From: Alphaproteobacteria bacterium
GTDB taxonomy: Bacteria > Pseudomonadota > Alphaproteobacteria > UBA8366
Direction of reading: 5' to 3'
Assembly (NCBI GenBank): GCA_965228695.1
Contig: CBDDIB010000001.1
Span: forward strand, 373,893-437,892
Length of the DNA stretch: 64,000 bases
Shown here: in pieces, positions 39,279 through 49,360 of the stretch
Layout of the letters: each line of letters starts with the position of its first letter
Position numbering within the stretch: the stretch's first letter is position 1
Made by a program: the position numbers and the translations under genes
The notes under the pieces: generated by a model
Told to the model about the DNA's origin: nothing
The model's input: only the letters and a program-made list of their open reading frames with translations
Databases searched by the model: none

Positions 39279-40724
39279 TCACACTCCTGGGTTCAGTACC
39301 GGATTTGTCGAGATAATCGTCAACGACCGCGCCCCGCGCGTAAGCGCGACATACAGTTCTTTTTTCGAAAGCGATGTCGCGTCCAGAACAATGCCGTGAT
39401 CGAATTCCAGCCCTTTGACCAGCAGCGTCGTGCCGATCAGCCTGCGCCGCCCAACGGGACGGCCCTTGTGGCGGAATTCACCGTGATACTTCTCGGCGGC
39501 TTCCGCTAGAGAAAGCTCCGGGTGCAGCACATGTTTTCCGAGCACCCCCAACGCCCGGTAGAACAGGTCGGCGCGGACGACTTCGACGCCTGCGGTCTGT
39601 CTAAGCGCCTGCAGAAACCCCGTCATGGCGGCGCTGCCGGGCGCGACCAGATAGGCATTGGCATTGCGGGCCGCTTCGGGGTTCCGGGTATTGGCCCGGA
39701 TATTGACCTGCTCGCCGCGAACCGTTCCAGCGGGAAGATTCTGCTCAACGGCGGTCATGCATCGTTTGGCGAAGACAACGACCTCCTTCAGGCGTGCCGT
39801 GTCGGTTCGCGCCCGCTCGACCTTCCGAATGAACGAGAACAGGTCTTTCCCCTCGACTTCTTCGATCGAGGAAAAGCGGCCACCAAGATTCCGCGATAGC
39901 TTATGGCACTTGGCCTTGTACTCTTGGCTGCCCCTGTGAATGGCGATCACGGTATGGGCGCGGTCGCACTGGAAATAACGGCAGGCGTTGCCCTGCGACT
40001 GAATAAGCGCCTGCGGATCGGCATTGGCATGCGTGAAGGTAACAGCGGCCGGACGATCCGCGTTCAGATCGACAGGCTGGTCCTGCTCAAGGCGTGTACG
40101 AACATTGCGCAGCCATGTGCCGAAATCGCCCGCGCCGGCCTGTATCCAGCGGTGGGGCACGTCAAGGGCGCCAAGCTGTTCAAAGCGTCCTTCAACGTCG
40201 CGCTCCCAATCTATGGGGCTCTGACCGTCAAAATCGAAGATACCTTGCAGCGGATCGCCAAGTATCCGGCACGGCAGGTCGCGCGCCAGTTTGAGAACGA
40301 TGCCGTGCTGGGCGGCCGAACAATCCTGGTATTCATCGACATAGAGCCCGTCATAGGACGCGCGGACAATCCTGCGGATAAACGCATGATCGAGCAGACC
40401 CGCACAGACTTCGTATAGCGCGTTCCACTGCTCGTTATCCGCGGGGCGCTCATCAGCCCAGCCACATGTACCTGAATAAGAAAGCGAAAGCCGCAATGAC
40501 CAGCTTGCGATCGTATCAATGCGATAGAGCCTGTCACTGACGCCAAGGGCGCGCATTTTGCGCCGCAAGGCGTTCACACCCGCATAGGTGTGGGTCAGGA
40601 TCAGTTGCCGTCCGGCGCTCCGGGCTGTCGACTCCGCGATCAGGTGGGTTTTGCCGTACCCGGCCGGAGCCACGACATAGCCGGCCCCTTGGTGCGCGGC
40701 AAGGATGGCGGACAGCTCACACAT
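39279..40724 (-). CDS. UvrD-like SF1 helicase (GajB-like)
   Basis: APAGYGKT, VDEYQD, GDPLQ.IF, KGLEFD, LYVALTRG; overlaps OLD nuclease stop. Confidence 0.88.
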   Translation of the reverse strand: MCELSAILAAHQGAGYVVAPAGYGKTHLIAESTARSAGRQLILTHTYAGVNALRRKMRALGVSDRLYRIDTIASWSLRLSLSYSGTCGWADERPADNEQWNALYEVCAGLLDHAFIRRIVRASYDGLYVDEYQDCSAAQHGIVLKLARDLPCRILGDPLQGIFDFDGQSPIDWERDVEGRFEQLGALDVPHRWIQAGAGDFGTWLRNVRTRLEQDQPVDLNADRPAAVTFTHANADPQALIQSQGNACRYFQCDRAHTVIAIHRGSQEYKAKCHKLSRNLGGRFSSIEEVEGKDLFSFIRKVERARTDTARLKEVVVFAKRCMTAVEQNLPAGTVRGEQVNIRANTRNPEAARNANAYLVAPGSAAMTGFLQALRQTAGVEVVRADLFYRALGVLGKHVLHPELSLAEAAEKYHGEFRHKGRPVGRRRLIGTTLLVKGLEFDHGIVLDATSLSKKELYVALTRGARSLTIISTNPVLNPGV

Positions 40725-42429
40725 TGTCGATCCAGCCCCGCAAGCTGGTAAGCTGCCGGACCAGATCGCTTTGACGGATGGCGTTGTCAGCCAAGTGGTC
40801 GGAAACCGCTGCCGCCCAGTCGCGGCCCCAGCTTTGCCGCTTGAACCAGTCGCTGGCCTTGGCCGCCCTGCCGAGCGCGATGCGAATTTCCGGCGTGTCG
40901 GCCCACGCCGCAAAATCACGATCAAAACCTTCGCCAAACTGGGTCCGCATCTGATTCAGAAGGCGGGCATCGTCATTCCAGATGGCACGGGCTGCGTGGA
41001 AGGATGCCGTGACGCCCGCCCACGGAAGATCCGCGAACACGCGTTCTTCTATCGACAGCGCGCCGTCCCACTTCGCGACCGTGATACCTGCATTACGCAA
41101 GGCTTGCGCATCGGCATCGGAGAAATCCCCCGGCGCATCGGAATCGGCCAGAACGGCGACATCGTAGCCAAGCGCTTTCAGGTTCTCGGCGATCTCCCTG
41201 ATCTTGCTCACACCAACCGCGTCGAACAACGCAACACCGCGATAGGCGAAGGAATCCTTGTTTTCGGACAAGGTCCAATGATCGTCCAGGCCGCGTAGAA
41301 AACCGACCTCGGTAGCGCCTTCGCAAACGATGATCTTGGGCGCGAGAAACGCTTCGGCACCTGAACGTATTTTGCCCTGTATGGAATCCGCGATGGCAGG
41401 CTTGTTTGCCGCCACCACGTCAATGCGTCCGCCATCGCAATGGACGATATGCAGGTCATCGACAGTCAGTTCGCGCAACACGACGGGCGAGTGGGTGGTC
41501 AGGAAATATTGCCCCGTATCGTCTTCTTTCAAATGTTGCAGGAGCCGGGCAATGCGGTGAGGCTCAAGCCCCACCTCGACCTCATCGAACAGCGTGATAT
41601 GCGGCGCACGCAGCGCTTGTTTCTGCAAACCGGTCGTCAGCATACGCTTGGAACCGAGTCCAAGTTGCCTGAGTGGCATGTCACCGTCATGCAGGGCAAG
41701 GCCAGCCATCCGTACGTTGATGGCGTCGGAATCTAGATGCGCCTTGTAGGATGCGGCAACGTTGACGCCAAGCGCGCGAGCGGTCGTCTCGGCCGCTGCC
41801 GCTACATCGTCAAAGCCTGCCAAATCCTCCACCCGCCGGGCTTCCAGGGCGGATTTGGCGGCACGCGCTGCATCGGCCAGTGACGACGAAATATTTTCGG
41901 TTTCGGTGAGCTGGCTCAGAATCGAGCCGCGCGACCATGTCAAGTGGCGGTCGGAAATCGCGCCAATCAGGCTGACCGACACCCTGGCCCGATCGTTCGC
42001 TCTGAACGGGACGCCTTCATCCTCATCGTTCTTGATGACGGACCATGACGGCTCAAGGTCATCCGCCACTGCAAGGCGGACCCGCAGCGCATCTTCGAGG
42101 CCGTCACCGGGATCGTCAGCGCGAGCAAGCGTTATAGCATTCCAGCCGCACAGCGCGTGACCGTATTTTTCAAGGTCGCGGAACGCATCCGGCAGATCGC
42201 CGAGAACGGCTTCTATCGTGATTGGATTCTCCGGATTGCATAAATGAAAGTCGGCATCATCAAACGACAGGTTCCACTGTGGATGGAAGACCCGGCGCAG
42301 CGCCTCAAGGATTGTCGATTTGGTCGAATCACCGCGCCCAATCAGACACAGAACATTGCGGTCCGGTACCGGCCAGTCGAGTTCGCGGATACCCCGGAAG
42401 TTTTCTACCGATAGATGGCGTATGCGCAT
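40717..42429 (-). CDS. OLD-family ATP-dependent nuclease, ABC ATPase + TOPRIM (GajA-like)
   Basis: ENFRGI, GRGDSTKSTIL, LGLGS, DEVEVGLEP, TTHSP, VCEGATE, ADSD. Confidence 0.9.
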   Translation of the reverse strand: MRIRHLSVENFRGIRELDWPVPDRNVLCLIGRGDSTKSTILEALRRVFHPQWNLSFDDADFHLCNPENPITIEAVLGDLPDAFRDLEKYGHALCGWNAITLARADDPGDGLEDALRVRLAVADDLEPSWSVIKNDEDEGVPFRANDRARVSVSLIGAISDRHLTWSRGSILSQLTETENISSSLADAARAAKSALEARRVEDLAGFDDVAAAAETTARALGVNVAASYKAHLDSDAINVRMAGLALHDGDMPLRQLGLGSKRMLTTGLQKQALRAPHITLFDEVEVGLEPHRIARLLQHLKEDDTGQYFLTTHSPVVLRELTVDDLHIVHCDGGRIDVVAANKPAIADSIQGKIRSGAEAFLAPKIIVCEGATEVGFLRGLDDHWTLSENKDSFAYRGVALFDAVGVSKIREIAENLKALGYDVAVLADSDAPGDFSDADAQALRNAGITVAKWDGALSIEERVFADLPWAGVTASFHAARAIWNDDARLLNQMRTQFGEGFDRDFAAWADTPEIRIALGRAAKASDWFKRQSWGRDWAAAVSDHLADNAIRQSDLVRQLTSLRGWIDNV

Positions 42430-42437
42430 GGACGCCC

Positions 42438-44747
42438 CTACGGAATTGTGTCGAAGCGTACGTAGAACTCCTTGTCCCCGTCAGTGATCTGAAATGCCGG
42501 CTCGAGAGCTTTTGGCACGGGGATGAATATTCGGTTCTTCGTTACGATCGTGGTTGTAGGGAACATCGAGCCGCCTGTCTGGTCGGTCTCAAGAGGCGAT
42601 TTTAGTTCAATGTCATAGTAAAGGCTGAGTTCTCCTGTTGCGTCCGTGAATATATAGATGACGCGGTGCGCCCCCCAGATCAGTTTGGTTGTGTGCGGCC
42701 AGCGCAGAAACTCCCCTTCTCTTTTGATGATACGGTCCGAGAGCGCAAGGAACATTTGGAAATTGTTGAGCTTCGGGTGCTCGGCTGCAACGGTGAGGAC
42801 TTTCTTGTCACTTTGCAGGTCATCCCGCATGAGCGGCGGCGAGGCCTCAAATTCGTTGGCTGGCGGCGCACCATCGGCCGGTCCGATGATGTCGGGGAAT
42901 TCTTCTTCGACGCTGCCGACCTGTTCTTTGCTGACTTGTTGCCGCTGTACGGAAGTGCGGCTTCTGGAAGTCCTGAGAACTTCGGAAAAATCCGCGTTGC
43001 CGGCAAGATAGTCAGCCAGCAACGATTCGATAGCCCCGTAATCGCCCTCCTGAAGGCGGAACAGCTCCTTGTTCTCCTTCAGCCTTTTGAACAGGGCGTC
43101 GCGGCCCTGCTTGGTCGAGGACGGCACGTGATCCCGGATATGGGGATAGACATGCTCGCGCACGAAATCCTTCATGAAACCGTCGAACACATCGCGGGCG
43201 GCGGTATAGCATTCGAGAACGATCTTCACGGACTGGATATCGCGGGCGATCGACAGGAGCAGCGCGATGTCCCTTTTCTCGGCGTGAAAGGTGACGCCAT
43301 GGCTGATCGTGGCGAAAGCCGCATCCACGTCCGGCATGAGATAGTCATCAAGAAGAATGCCGCGCAGCCGGACAAGAAACATGGCCTCTTCGAACGTAAG
43401 CTGCGTGGCGGCAATCCTGTCAACGATGACGTGCTCTGGCACCTGCTCCAGATGAACGATCTCATTCAGGTAGCGAAGCTGAAGCTTGCGGCGCGGATTG
43501 GCCTGGCTGACATGAAACAGATTGGCCTGATCGGTTCCAAATCGTTTCAGGATCGTGCTGTCCTGACCCACATAGAAATGTTTGGGCTTGTTCGGCTCGT
43601 AGGTCTGCACCTCGCCGAGCGGTATCATCGTGTCGGCGGGCAACACGGAGATTTTGACCTTATGCGCAAGCGCAAACTGGCCGTGCGAGAGGATATATTG
43701 CTGGAACTGCTGGTTCGCGTCGGCCGCGTCGGTCTGCGCAATGTCGGCGGACGCCTCGGCCTCGATCAGCTCAACAAGGTTCGCAACATGCTGGATGCTG
43801 TCCCGGCTAAGGGCCTCCCGTCCTGCGGTTGGGTGAAGGATGTCGAGATTGACAAATCCGCCCAGCCCGTAGTGGCCGGATACCGGGATCGGTGCGAGGC
43901 CGAACAGATTGCGGAATCCGTGCGTGGGTCCGCTCTGCTGAACCAGGAATACTTCGCCTTTGATGGGTACGCCGTTCAGCGAGATGTCAGTGAGCCGCGC
44001 CAGCATCCGGCTTTGGGCGTTGATTGAGACTTGCAGCGTCCCGGCAAACTCGCCGCGCGATACTGCGCGAGATGATACCTGCTCAAAGCCCGCGGCCTTT
44101 CCGGCAAGCGTGTCCGCAAAGCCCTGCTGGCTGATAAGCTGTCCGTTCACCAAAACGGGAACCGGCAGGAACTGCACATACTGTTTCAGGTATTCGCAGG
44201 TTGCGGCTTCATCGATCGGATAGGCGGGGTCGAGTTCAGCATCAATCAACGTCCCCGGCTCGCGGTCATCGGCGATGCGTTCGAGATCGATGCAGTCCTG
44301 CGCGATCTTGAGATCCTCGCGCCGCGCCGTGCTGATGAGCGTCGTATCGGAGTCGATGTTACGGGTTTCCACGCGCAGCGCCGTGCAGACGCCGAAATTC
44401 GCCATCGCGCCGATCCCGAACGTTCCAATGACGCCGGACTGCTGGGCAAGTTCGGATTTCTTGCCGCTCGAACCGGCCTTCCAGAAATTGTTCTTAAGGA
44501 CATCCTCGGCCATGCCGATGCCGTCATCGCGCACGGTCAGCCGGTTCGCCTCGACGGTAATTTCGATTTTGCGTTCGGCAGCCACAAGTCCTTGCGCCGT
44601 GCAGCGCATGAGAATTGCGTCATAGGCGTTCTGCACGTTTTCGCGAAGGAAGGCTTTGGGAGAGTCGTAAATCTCCGATGACAGGATTTCGAGAATCCTG
44701 CTTGTCTCAACATCGAATGCGATCTGTTCCTTGGCTGGCGCCGTCAT
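42438..44747 (-). CDS. Hsp90-like GHKL ATPase with long uncharacterised C-terminal region
   Basis: IYDSPKAFLRENVQNAYDA, DDGIGM, IGTFGIG, GT motifs. Confidence 0.85.
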   Translation of the reverse strand: MTAPAKEQIAFDVETSRILEILSSEIYDSPKAFLRENVQNAYDAILMRCTAQGLVAAERKIEITVEANRLTVRDDGIGMAEDVLKNNFWKAGSSGKKSELAQQSGVIGTFGIGAMANFGVCTALRVETRNIDSDTTLISTARREDLKIAQDCIDLERIADDREPGTLIDAELDPAYPIDEAATCEYLKQYVQFLPVPVLVNGQLISQQGFADTLAGKAAGFEQVSSRAVSRGEFAGTLQVSINAQSRMLARLTDISLNGVPIKGEVFLVQQSGPTHGFRNLFGLAPIPVSGHYGLGGFVNLDILHPTAGREALSRDSIQHVANLVELIEAEASADIAQTDAADANQQFQQYILSHGQFALAHKVKISVLPADTMIPLGEVQTYEPNKPKHFYVGQDSTILKRFGTDQANLFHVSQANPRRKLQLRYLNEIVHLEQVPEHVIVDRIAATQLTFEEAMFLVRLRGILLDDYLMPDVDAAFATISHGVTFHAEKRDIALLLSIARDIQSVKIVLECYTAARDVFDGFMKDFVREHVYPHIRDHVPSSTKQGRDALFKRLKENKELFRLQEGDYGAIESLLADYLAGNADFSEVLRTSRSRTSVQRQQVSKEQVGSVEEEFPDIIGPADGAPPANEFEASPPLMRDDLQSDKKVLTVAAEHPKLNNFQMFLALSDRIIKREGEFLRWPHTTKLIWGAHRVIYIFTDATGELSLYYDIELKSPLETDQTGGSMFPTTTIVTKNRIFIPVPKALEPAFQITDGDKEFYVRFDTIP

Positions 44748-46195
44748 TACTTCAACCTCGCCGCATATTTGTCACGTATCTCAATGACCGCGCCGTCGGC
44801 TGCACCGGCGATCAGCGGCAGCTTCAACAGCTCTGCAAGGCGCTGCCGATTGTCGGCAGCCCACAAGGCATCCATAAGTGCAATCGCTTCGGCCGTGCTT
44901 TCGGGCGGGTCGAACGTACCTGCGATCCCGACTTGGTCATCAAGACGGATCAGGCAGTCAAGGAGCACGCGGCGAGCCAGCGGCTCCGCCGGCGCCAGTG
45001 GCGAGAGGATTTGCACGGCGGAACCATAATCGCCGTTATCATACGCGGCCTGGGCCTGCGTCAGCAGGACCGTGTTGCGGTCCGGTCTGACGAATGGTTC
45101 CGGTGGCGGATCGAATGAAAAATCCAGATAGCCGGTCTTGTTAGGCGGCAATGAACGAGCACCCCAAATAGGCATACGCAAATTGTCATTGTGCATTTCG
45201 CGAACATGCAAACGGCCCTTCCTGTTCGGGACATCAAGTTCCACGACATTATAGGCGCGGCCATGGCGGAAGGCGGCGCCGCCGCACAGCGTACCGGCGC
45301 TGATAACGGTGATGCGGCGATCGGGACCGTGACGGAAACGCGTATCAAGAAACTGCGGCTTGTGTTGATGACCGTGGAACCCAAGACTGAACCCGCCATC
45401 GACGAGATTCTGGACAATATCGGGGTCCATATAATCAACCTCCGCCGGCGGTCCTTCCGTGTTGTGATGCCAGACGGCAATGCGCAGATGCTCCTGTGCA
45501 CTTGATAACTGGCGTAGCCGCTTTCCTGCATAGGCGATGCAATCGGGGTGAATAGCGCCTTGGCGGTTCAAGAGGTCGTTATTGTGGCAACTGCAAAATC
45601 CGACCACGACGATCTCAAGGTCCGGAAGCTCGAAGACATCAAGCTGGCTGTCCGGTTCTAGAGAATAGGCGCGCTGCCCGTCATAAAAGCGGCCGTAAAA
45701 ATCGACGAACGCCGCAAAGCGCTGGCGGTACATGTCCCAGTCGGTAATCTCAAAGAGAGAAAAGTCATCCCATGACCAGCGCATCGGCGAATCCGGCTTG
45801 AAGAGTTCGGCGACAAGCGCCTTGTCGGTGCCGGCGGTCATCTCGATTGACGTGAGGGACTCGCGGAAATGGTGGTCGCTTACATCGTGATTGCCGGGGA
45901 TAAGAATGACACGCCGCTTGTCACCTCCCACAAAGCGGTCGGTAAGTTCGTTAAGGAAGGCTAACGCTTCATCGTATTGCTTTCGCAGTGCCGCTTCTGC
46001 GTCTGCCGCACCATGCCTGACGCCCTGAATGATATCGCCACTAACAATTATGAGTTTGGGCGGTTCAATGCGCGGGTCGTCATGTAACGTGTATCTGTCG
46101 CGGTCCCTTTCGAGAGAGTCGAGCAACACCTGGTTGCCGATCGGGTTTGCCGGATCGCGGTGCAGATCGGATATGTGGAGCACACTGAGCGTCAT
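44747..46195 (-). CDS. calcineurin-like metallophosphoesterase with C-terminal helical (TPR-like) region
   Basis: HISDLH, SGD, PGNHD, WHH, HGHQH motifs; 1-bp overlap with the ATPase start. Confidence 0.88.
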   Translation of the reverse strand: MTLSVLHISDLHRDPANPIGNQVLLDSLERDRDRYTLHDDPRIEPPKLIIVSGDIIQGVRHGAADAEAALRKQYDEALAFLNELTDRFVGGDKRRVILIPGNHDVSDHHFRESLTSIEMTAGTDKALVAELFKPDSPMRWSWDDFSLFEITDWDMYRQRFAAFVDFYGRFYDGQRAYSLEPDSQLDVFELPDLEIVVVGFCSCHNNDLLNRQGAIHPDCIAYAGKRLRQLSSAQEHLRIAVWHHNTEGPPAEVDYMDPDIVQNLVDGGFSLGFHGHQHKPQFLDTRFRHGPDRRITVISAGTLCGGAAFRHGRAYNVVELDVPNRKGRLHVREMHNDNLRMPIWGARSLPPNKTGYLDFSFDPPPEPFVRPDRNTVLLTQAQAAYDNGDYGSAVQILSPLAPAEPLARRVLLDCLIRLDDQVGIAGTFDPPESTAEAIALMDALWAADNRQRLAELLKLPLIAGAADGAVIEIRDKYAARLK

Positions 46196-46201
46196 CGCGA
46201 T

Positions 46202-46939
46202 CTAACTCCGCGCTGCTTCCGCCGCGACGTGTCCGGCGAGTTCGGTGACGAATGTGCGCAGGCCAGTCAAGTCGCTCAGCTCCGCATAAGCGCCGTCCGC
46301 CGAAGCCGAGCGCGGCGATGTCAGAATTGAGGCTGTTGTATAAAGCTGCTCCTGCACCAGCTTGCGGCAGAGGATGTTATAGCGCTCCGCGTAGGACGCG
46401 CCCTGAAACTCCTTGAATACGGGGAAATGCGGCGAGGTATCCCGCACCGGCGAGCGCGATGCCGGCGCGTCTTCTAGCAGCATCAGCCAGCCGACGAAAG
46501 GGCGCGGCTGCTCACCAAACGCGCTTTCCCGATAGGCCGTCCAGAGATCATGCGCCGTGCCGATGGCTTCTTCCGAGCGGTTGTTGAAATTGTTGCCGAA
46601 AGACGGGCCGACCTGGCTTTTGAACTCGAGCGCCGCGATCAGACGGCCTTCATTGATAACCAGAAGGTCCCACAGCTTCGTGGGCCGAAAGTAGCCCGGC
46701 AATGTCAGCACGCGGCGATTCTGGTGGATATCGGCATGGTCAAGGCCGTTGGCCCGCACGATGTCGATCACTAGGGCGATAAAGCCATCCATGTTCTTGC
46801 CGCCGGTGACGCCGGCGCGTTCGCCCTGATCGGCCTTGCCGGCTTCAATCTGCTTCTGGCGCGCCTTTTCGCGATTCCCCCAAAACGCCTGGACGGCTTC
46901 GCGGGCCTTTCGTTCGTAGTCGGCAAGATCAATGGCCAT
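46202..46939 (-). CDS. PaeR7I/XhoI-family type II restriction endonuclease
   Basis: [48 protein letters not shown]. Confidence 0.92.
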   Translation of the reverse strand: MAIDLADYERKAREAVQAFWGNREKARQKQIEAGKADQGERAGVTGGKNMDGFIALVIDIVRANGLDHADIHQNRRVLTLPGYFRPTKLWDLLVINEGRLIAALEFKSQVGPSFGNNFNNRSEEAIGTAHDLWTAYRESAFGEQPRPFVGWLMLLEDAPASRSPVRDTSPHFPVFKEFQGASYAERYNILCRKLVQEQLYTTASILTSPRSASADGAYAELSDLTGLRTFVTELAGHVAAEAARS

Positions 46940-46947
46940 GAACCCCC

Positions 46948-48666
46948 CTATTCGCCGTTACCGCCGATGGCGGCACGTTCTTCTTTTGACAGGCCATAGA
47001 GCTTGGCGACGGCCTTGTTGCAGGCGTCAACATCATTGCGCGCCGCCGCTTCGATCAGCTCGGCTTGCTGGGCTGCGGAAACATCCTGCCAGCGCGGCAG
47101 GCGGATGCGCCGCAGATATTGCGCCTGAAACCGCAGATACCCCCCGCGCATGCGGGTCGCGTAGATCGACACGAAGAGCTTGGCGATGCCCGAGCGCAGC
47201 ACGGCGCGCAGCGCCCTCAGATCCCACTCGTCTGAAACGATGAAGTAAAGATTGTGGTGCGGGTACAGGCGCCCGTCTTCATAGACGATGTGCGCTTCGC
47301 CCTTAATGTCGGGGATCAGCAGCTTGGGTCTTCCGGCAAGCGCCGGATAAATCCGGTCGATCGTCCGGTACCAGTTGGCGGGCGCTTTCTGTGCAACATG
47401 CCGTTTGGCGATCTGATCCTTACGCGCTTCCAGAAAGGCTTTCAGGCGGGGATAGTCGTTCAGATCGACAAGACCACCGCTATCAGCAAACGGATTGATA
47501 ACGCCGAGGCCGCGCCATTTGACCTCGCCGCTGTCGATATCGCGGGTCATGGCCAGCGGCAGCTTGCGGTCCTCCTCCACGTCGAGTTCGTCGAACGGGC
47601 CGATAAAAGCCTTGTCCGCGCCTGTCGCCACGCCGATCCCGACCTTGCACCCGGCATCTTCAATGGCCGGGTAGTCGCGTTCCAACCGGCGGATCAGCAT
47701 GAGCTGGTCGGGCGATTCCAGAATCCAGGGCTGCGCCCCGGCGGCCACATCAGCCATTTCCTTGACCGGCCCGTCGGCGGGCGGTGCGTCGCCCGTCAGC
47801 AACTGTACAGCAAGCTCGTCGAGAACGGCTTTGTCGATGGCCGGGCGGTGCGCGATCCGCGTCTTGCCCGGCTTTTCTTTTGTGATGATGGTGATCGCCG
47901 GATAGGCGATGACCTCGGCATGAAAAGCCGGCGTGTCCGTCATATCGACATAGGCTTTCAGATGGTAGCTGTCAGCCACCATCTGCCGTAGCGGGCCGCC
48001 ATAGCGGTTCTTCATCCAGCGGTCGGCGCAGATAAAGCCCAGCGTGCCGCCATCGGCCAGCAATGTGAGCGACCGTTCGATGAAAGGGATATAGATGTCG
48101 GCGCGGTCGAACACGGTGCGGTAACGCGCTCGGTACTCGGCAATCAGCGCGTCGGGGATCAGCTCCTGCCGCACATAAGGGGGATTGCCGACAACAAAAC
48201 CGAACGCGCCGGGCAGATCGGTCAGCAGGAAATCCCCCTGTAAGAGCCATGTGCCGGCAAGCTGTTCTGCGGCCTCCGCGTCGATACCGGCCTCTCTCAG
48301 CGCGGCAATCACCTTGCTGCGCGTGGCCCCGAACGATGATTCGTGTAGCTCGACGCCGCGTATGCAAGGCGCCAGCACCGTGGCTGCATCGCCGGACGGA
48401 TCGCCTTCTCGCCAGCTTGCCAGCAGGCGCCCGATCACAGTCTGCAAAAAATCGCCGTCACCGAAGGACGGCTCCAGAAGGCGGTAGCTGTAAAGCGGAC
48501 GGTCGGCCGTATAGCCGGCAAGATCGAGAATGAACTCGACCACTTCGCGCCTTGTATAGATCGCGCCGCGTTGCTCGATCCCGGCGGCAGCAAGAAGGGC
48601 GACAGCATCGGTCACCGGGCACAGGCCCGGCAGCGACGCTTGCTGTGCGGAAGACAAAACGGCCAT
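46948..48666 (-). CDS. N6-adenine DNA methyltransferase (M.PaeR7I/TaqI-like, gamma class)
   Basis: [11 protein letters not shown] motif I followed by VGNPPY motif IV; TRD with RFQAQYLR. Confidence 0.93.
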   Translation of the reverse strand: MAVLSSAQQASLPGLCPVTDAVALLAAAGIEQRGAIYTRREVVEFILDLAGYTADRPLYSYRLLEPSFGDGDFLQTVIGRLLASWREGDPSGDAATVLAPCIRGVELHESSFGATRSKVIAALREAGIDAEAAEQLAGTWLLQGDFLLTDLPGAFGFVVGNPPYVRQELIPDALIAEYRARYRTVFDRADIYIPFIERSLTLLADGGTLGFICADRWMKNRYGGPLRQMVADSYHLKAYVDMTDTPAFHAEVIAYPAITIITKEKPGKTRIAHRPAIDKAVLDELAVQLLTGDAPPADGPVKEMADVAAGAQPWILESPDQLMLIRRLERDYPAIEDAGCKVGIGVATGADKAFIGPFDELDVEEDRKLPLAMTRDIDSGEVKWRGLGVINPFADSGGLVDLNDYPRLKAFLEARKDQIAKRHVAQKAPANWYRTIDRIYPALAGRPKLLIPDIKGEAHIVYEDGRLYPHHNLYFIVSDEWDLRALRAVLRSGIAKLFVSIYATRMRGGYLRFQAQYLRRIRLPRWQDVSAAQQAELIEAAARNDVDACNKAVAKLYGLSKEERAAIGGNGE

Positions 48667-48866
48667 CAGGCGACCTCCCGCCCCGGCCGCACATCGATCG
48701 GCCGATCGTCGCGGTGCCGCTGCAAAAACTCGCGCATAGACCGGCGAATCAGCCACGATGCGCTCACATCGCTGCGCCGCGCAAGCTGATCCAGGGCCTC
48801 GTAATCGTCAGGGTCCACCGTAACGGTAACGCGCTTCAGGGGTTTGGTTTTCTTGCGGTTGGGCAT
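48666..48866 (-). CDS. ribbon-helix-helix (CopG) regulator heading the defence operon
   Basis: [23 protein letters not shown]; stop overlaps MTase ATG. Confidence 0.8.
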   Translation of the reverse strand: MPNRKKTKPLKRVTVTVDPDDYEALDQLARRSDVSASWLIRRSMREFLQRHRDDRPIDVRPGREVA

Positions 48867-49134
48867 TTCCAGCTCATATAGGTGATGCATAGTTTCATAC
48901 GACCATACACTAGATATGCCGACCTGAAACAGGATTTTCGCTATATATGGCGCAATGCCGTGGAAGATGCGCCTGCATCACATCCCGCGACCAAAATCCC
49001 AATCCCGCGTGCGGTGGCTGGAGTGGCTTGGCCCTTTAAGTCCGTCGAAGGCCTTTGGTGCGGGTTGCCGGCCTGGGGTCACCGGTGTCGCAACCGCCCC
49101 GGCCGCCATCATCACCATCGTCATCGCCGGCGGC

Positions 49135-49318
49135 GCGGACGAACTCTTCCATCAGATCAATGCGGCCGCGTCTTGCAGCGGATGTCCCGTACGAGCTGTT
49201 CGGCCGTCTCACACGGCCCGGCGTTCCGTCTCATCTTCGCTCCTTGGAGAGCTGCGATAAGCAAAAATCCTCCTTGTCAGTCAGGTCGATTTTGTCTCAT
49301 TGGTGCTGACACCGAACA
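49135..49318 (-). mobile_element. IS3-family left-end remnant
   Basis: Minus strand TGTTCGGTGTCAGCACCAATGAGACA end, AAGGAGCGAAGATG start and degenerate MRR..AEQLVRDIR.KTR orfA start ending at a stop. Confidence 0.6.
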
Positions 49319-49360
49319 AAATCGCCCGACAACCCATTACATTAGTGTTGCAGCAGGAAC

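Noticed and set aside
42666-44027. 453-aa plus-strand ORF
   Set aside because: Antisense to the Hsp90-like ATPase; shadow ORF
42438-44747. Housekeeping htpG
   Set aside because: Only the N-terminal GHKL motifs resemble HtpG; the rest is not recognisably HtpG and the context is an ICE defence operon
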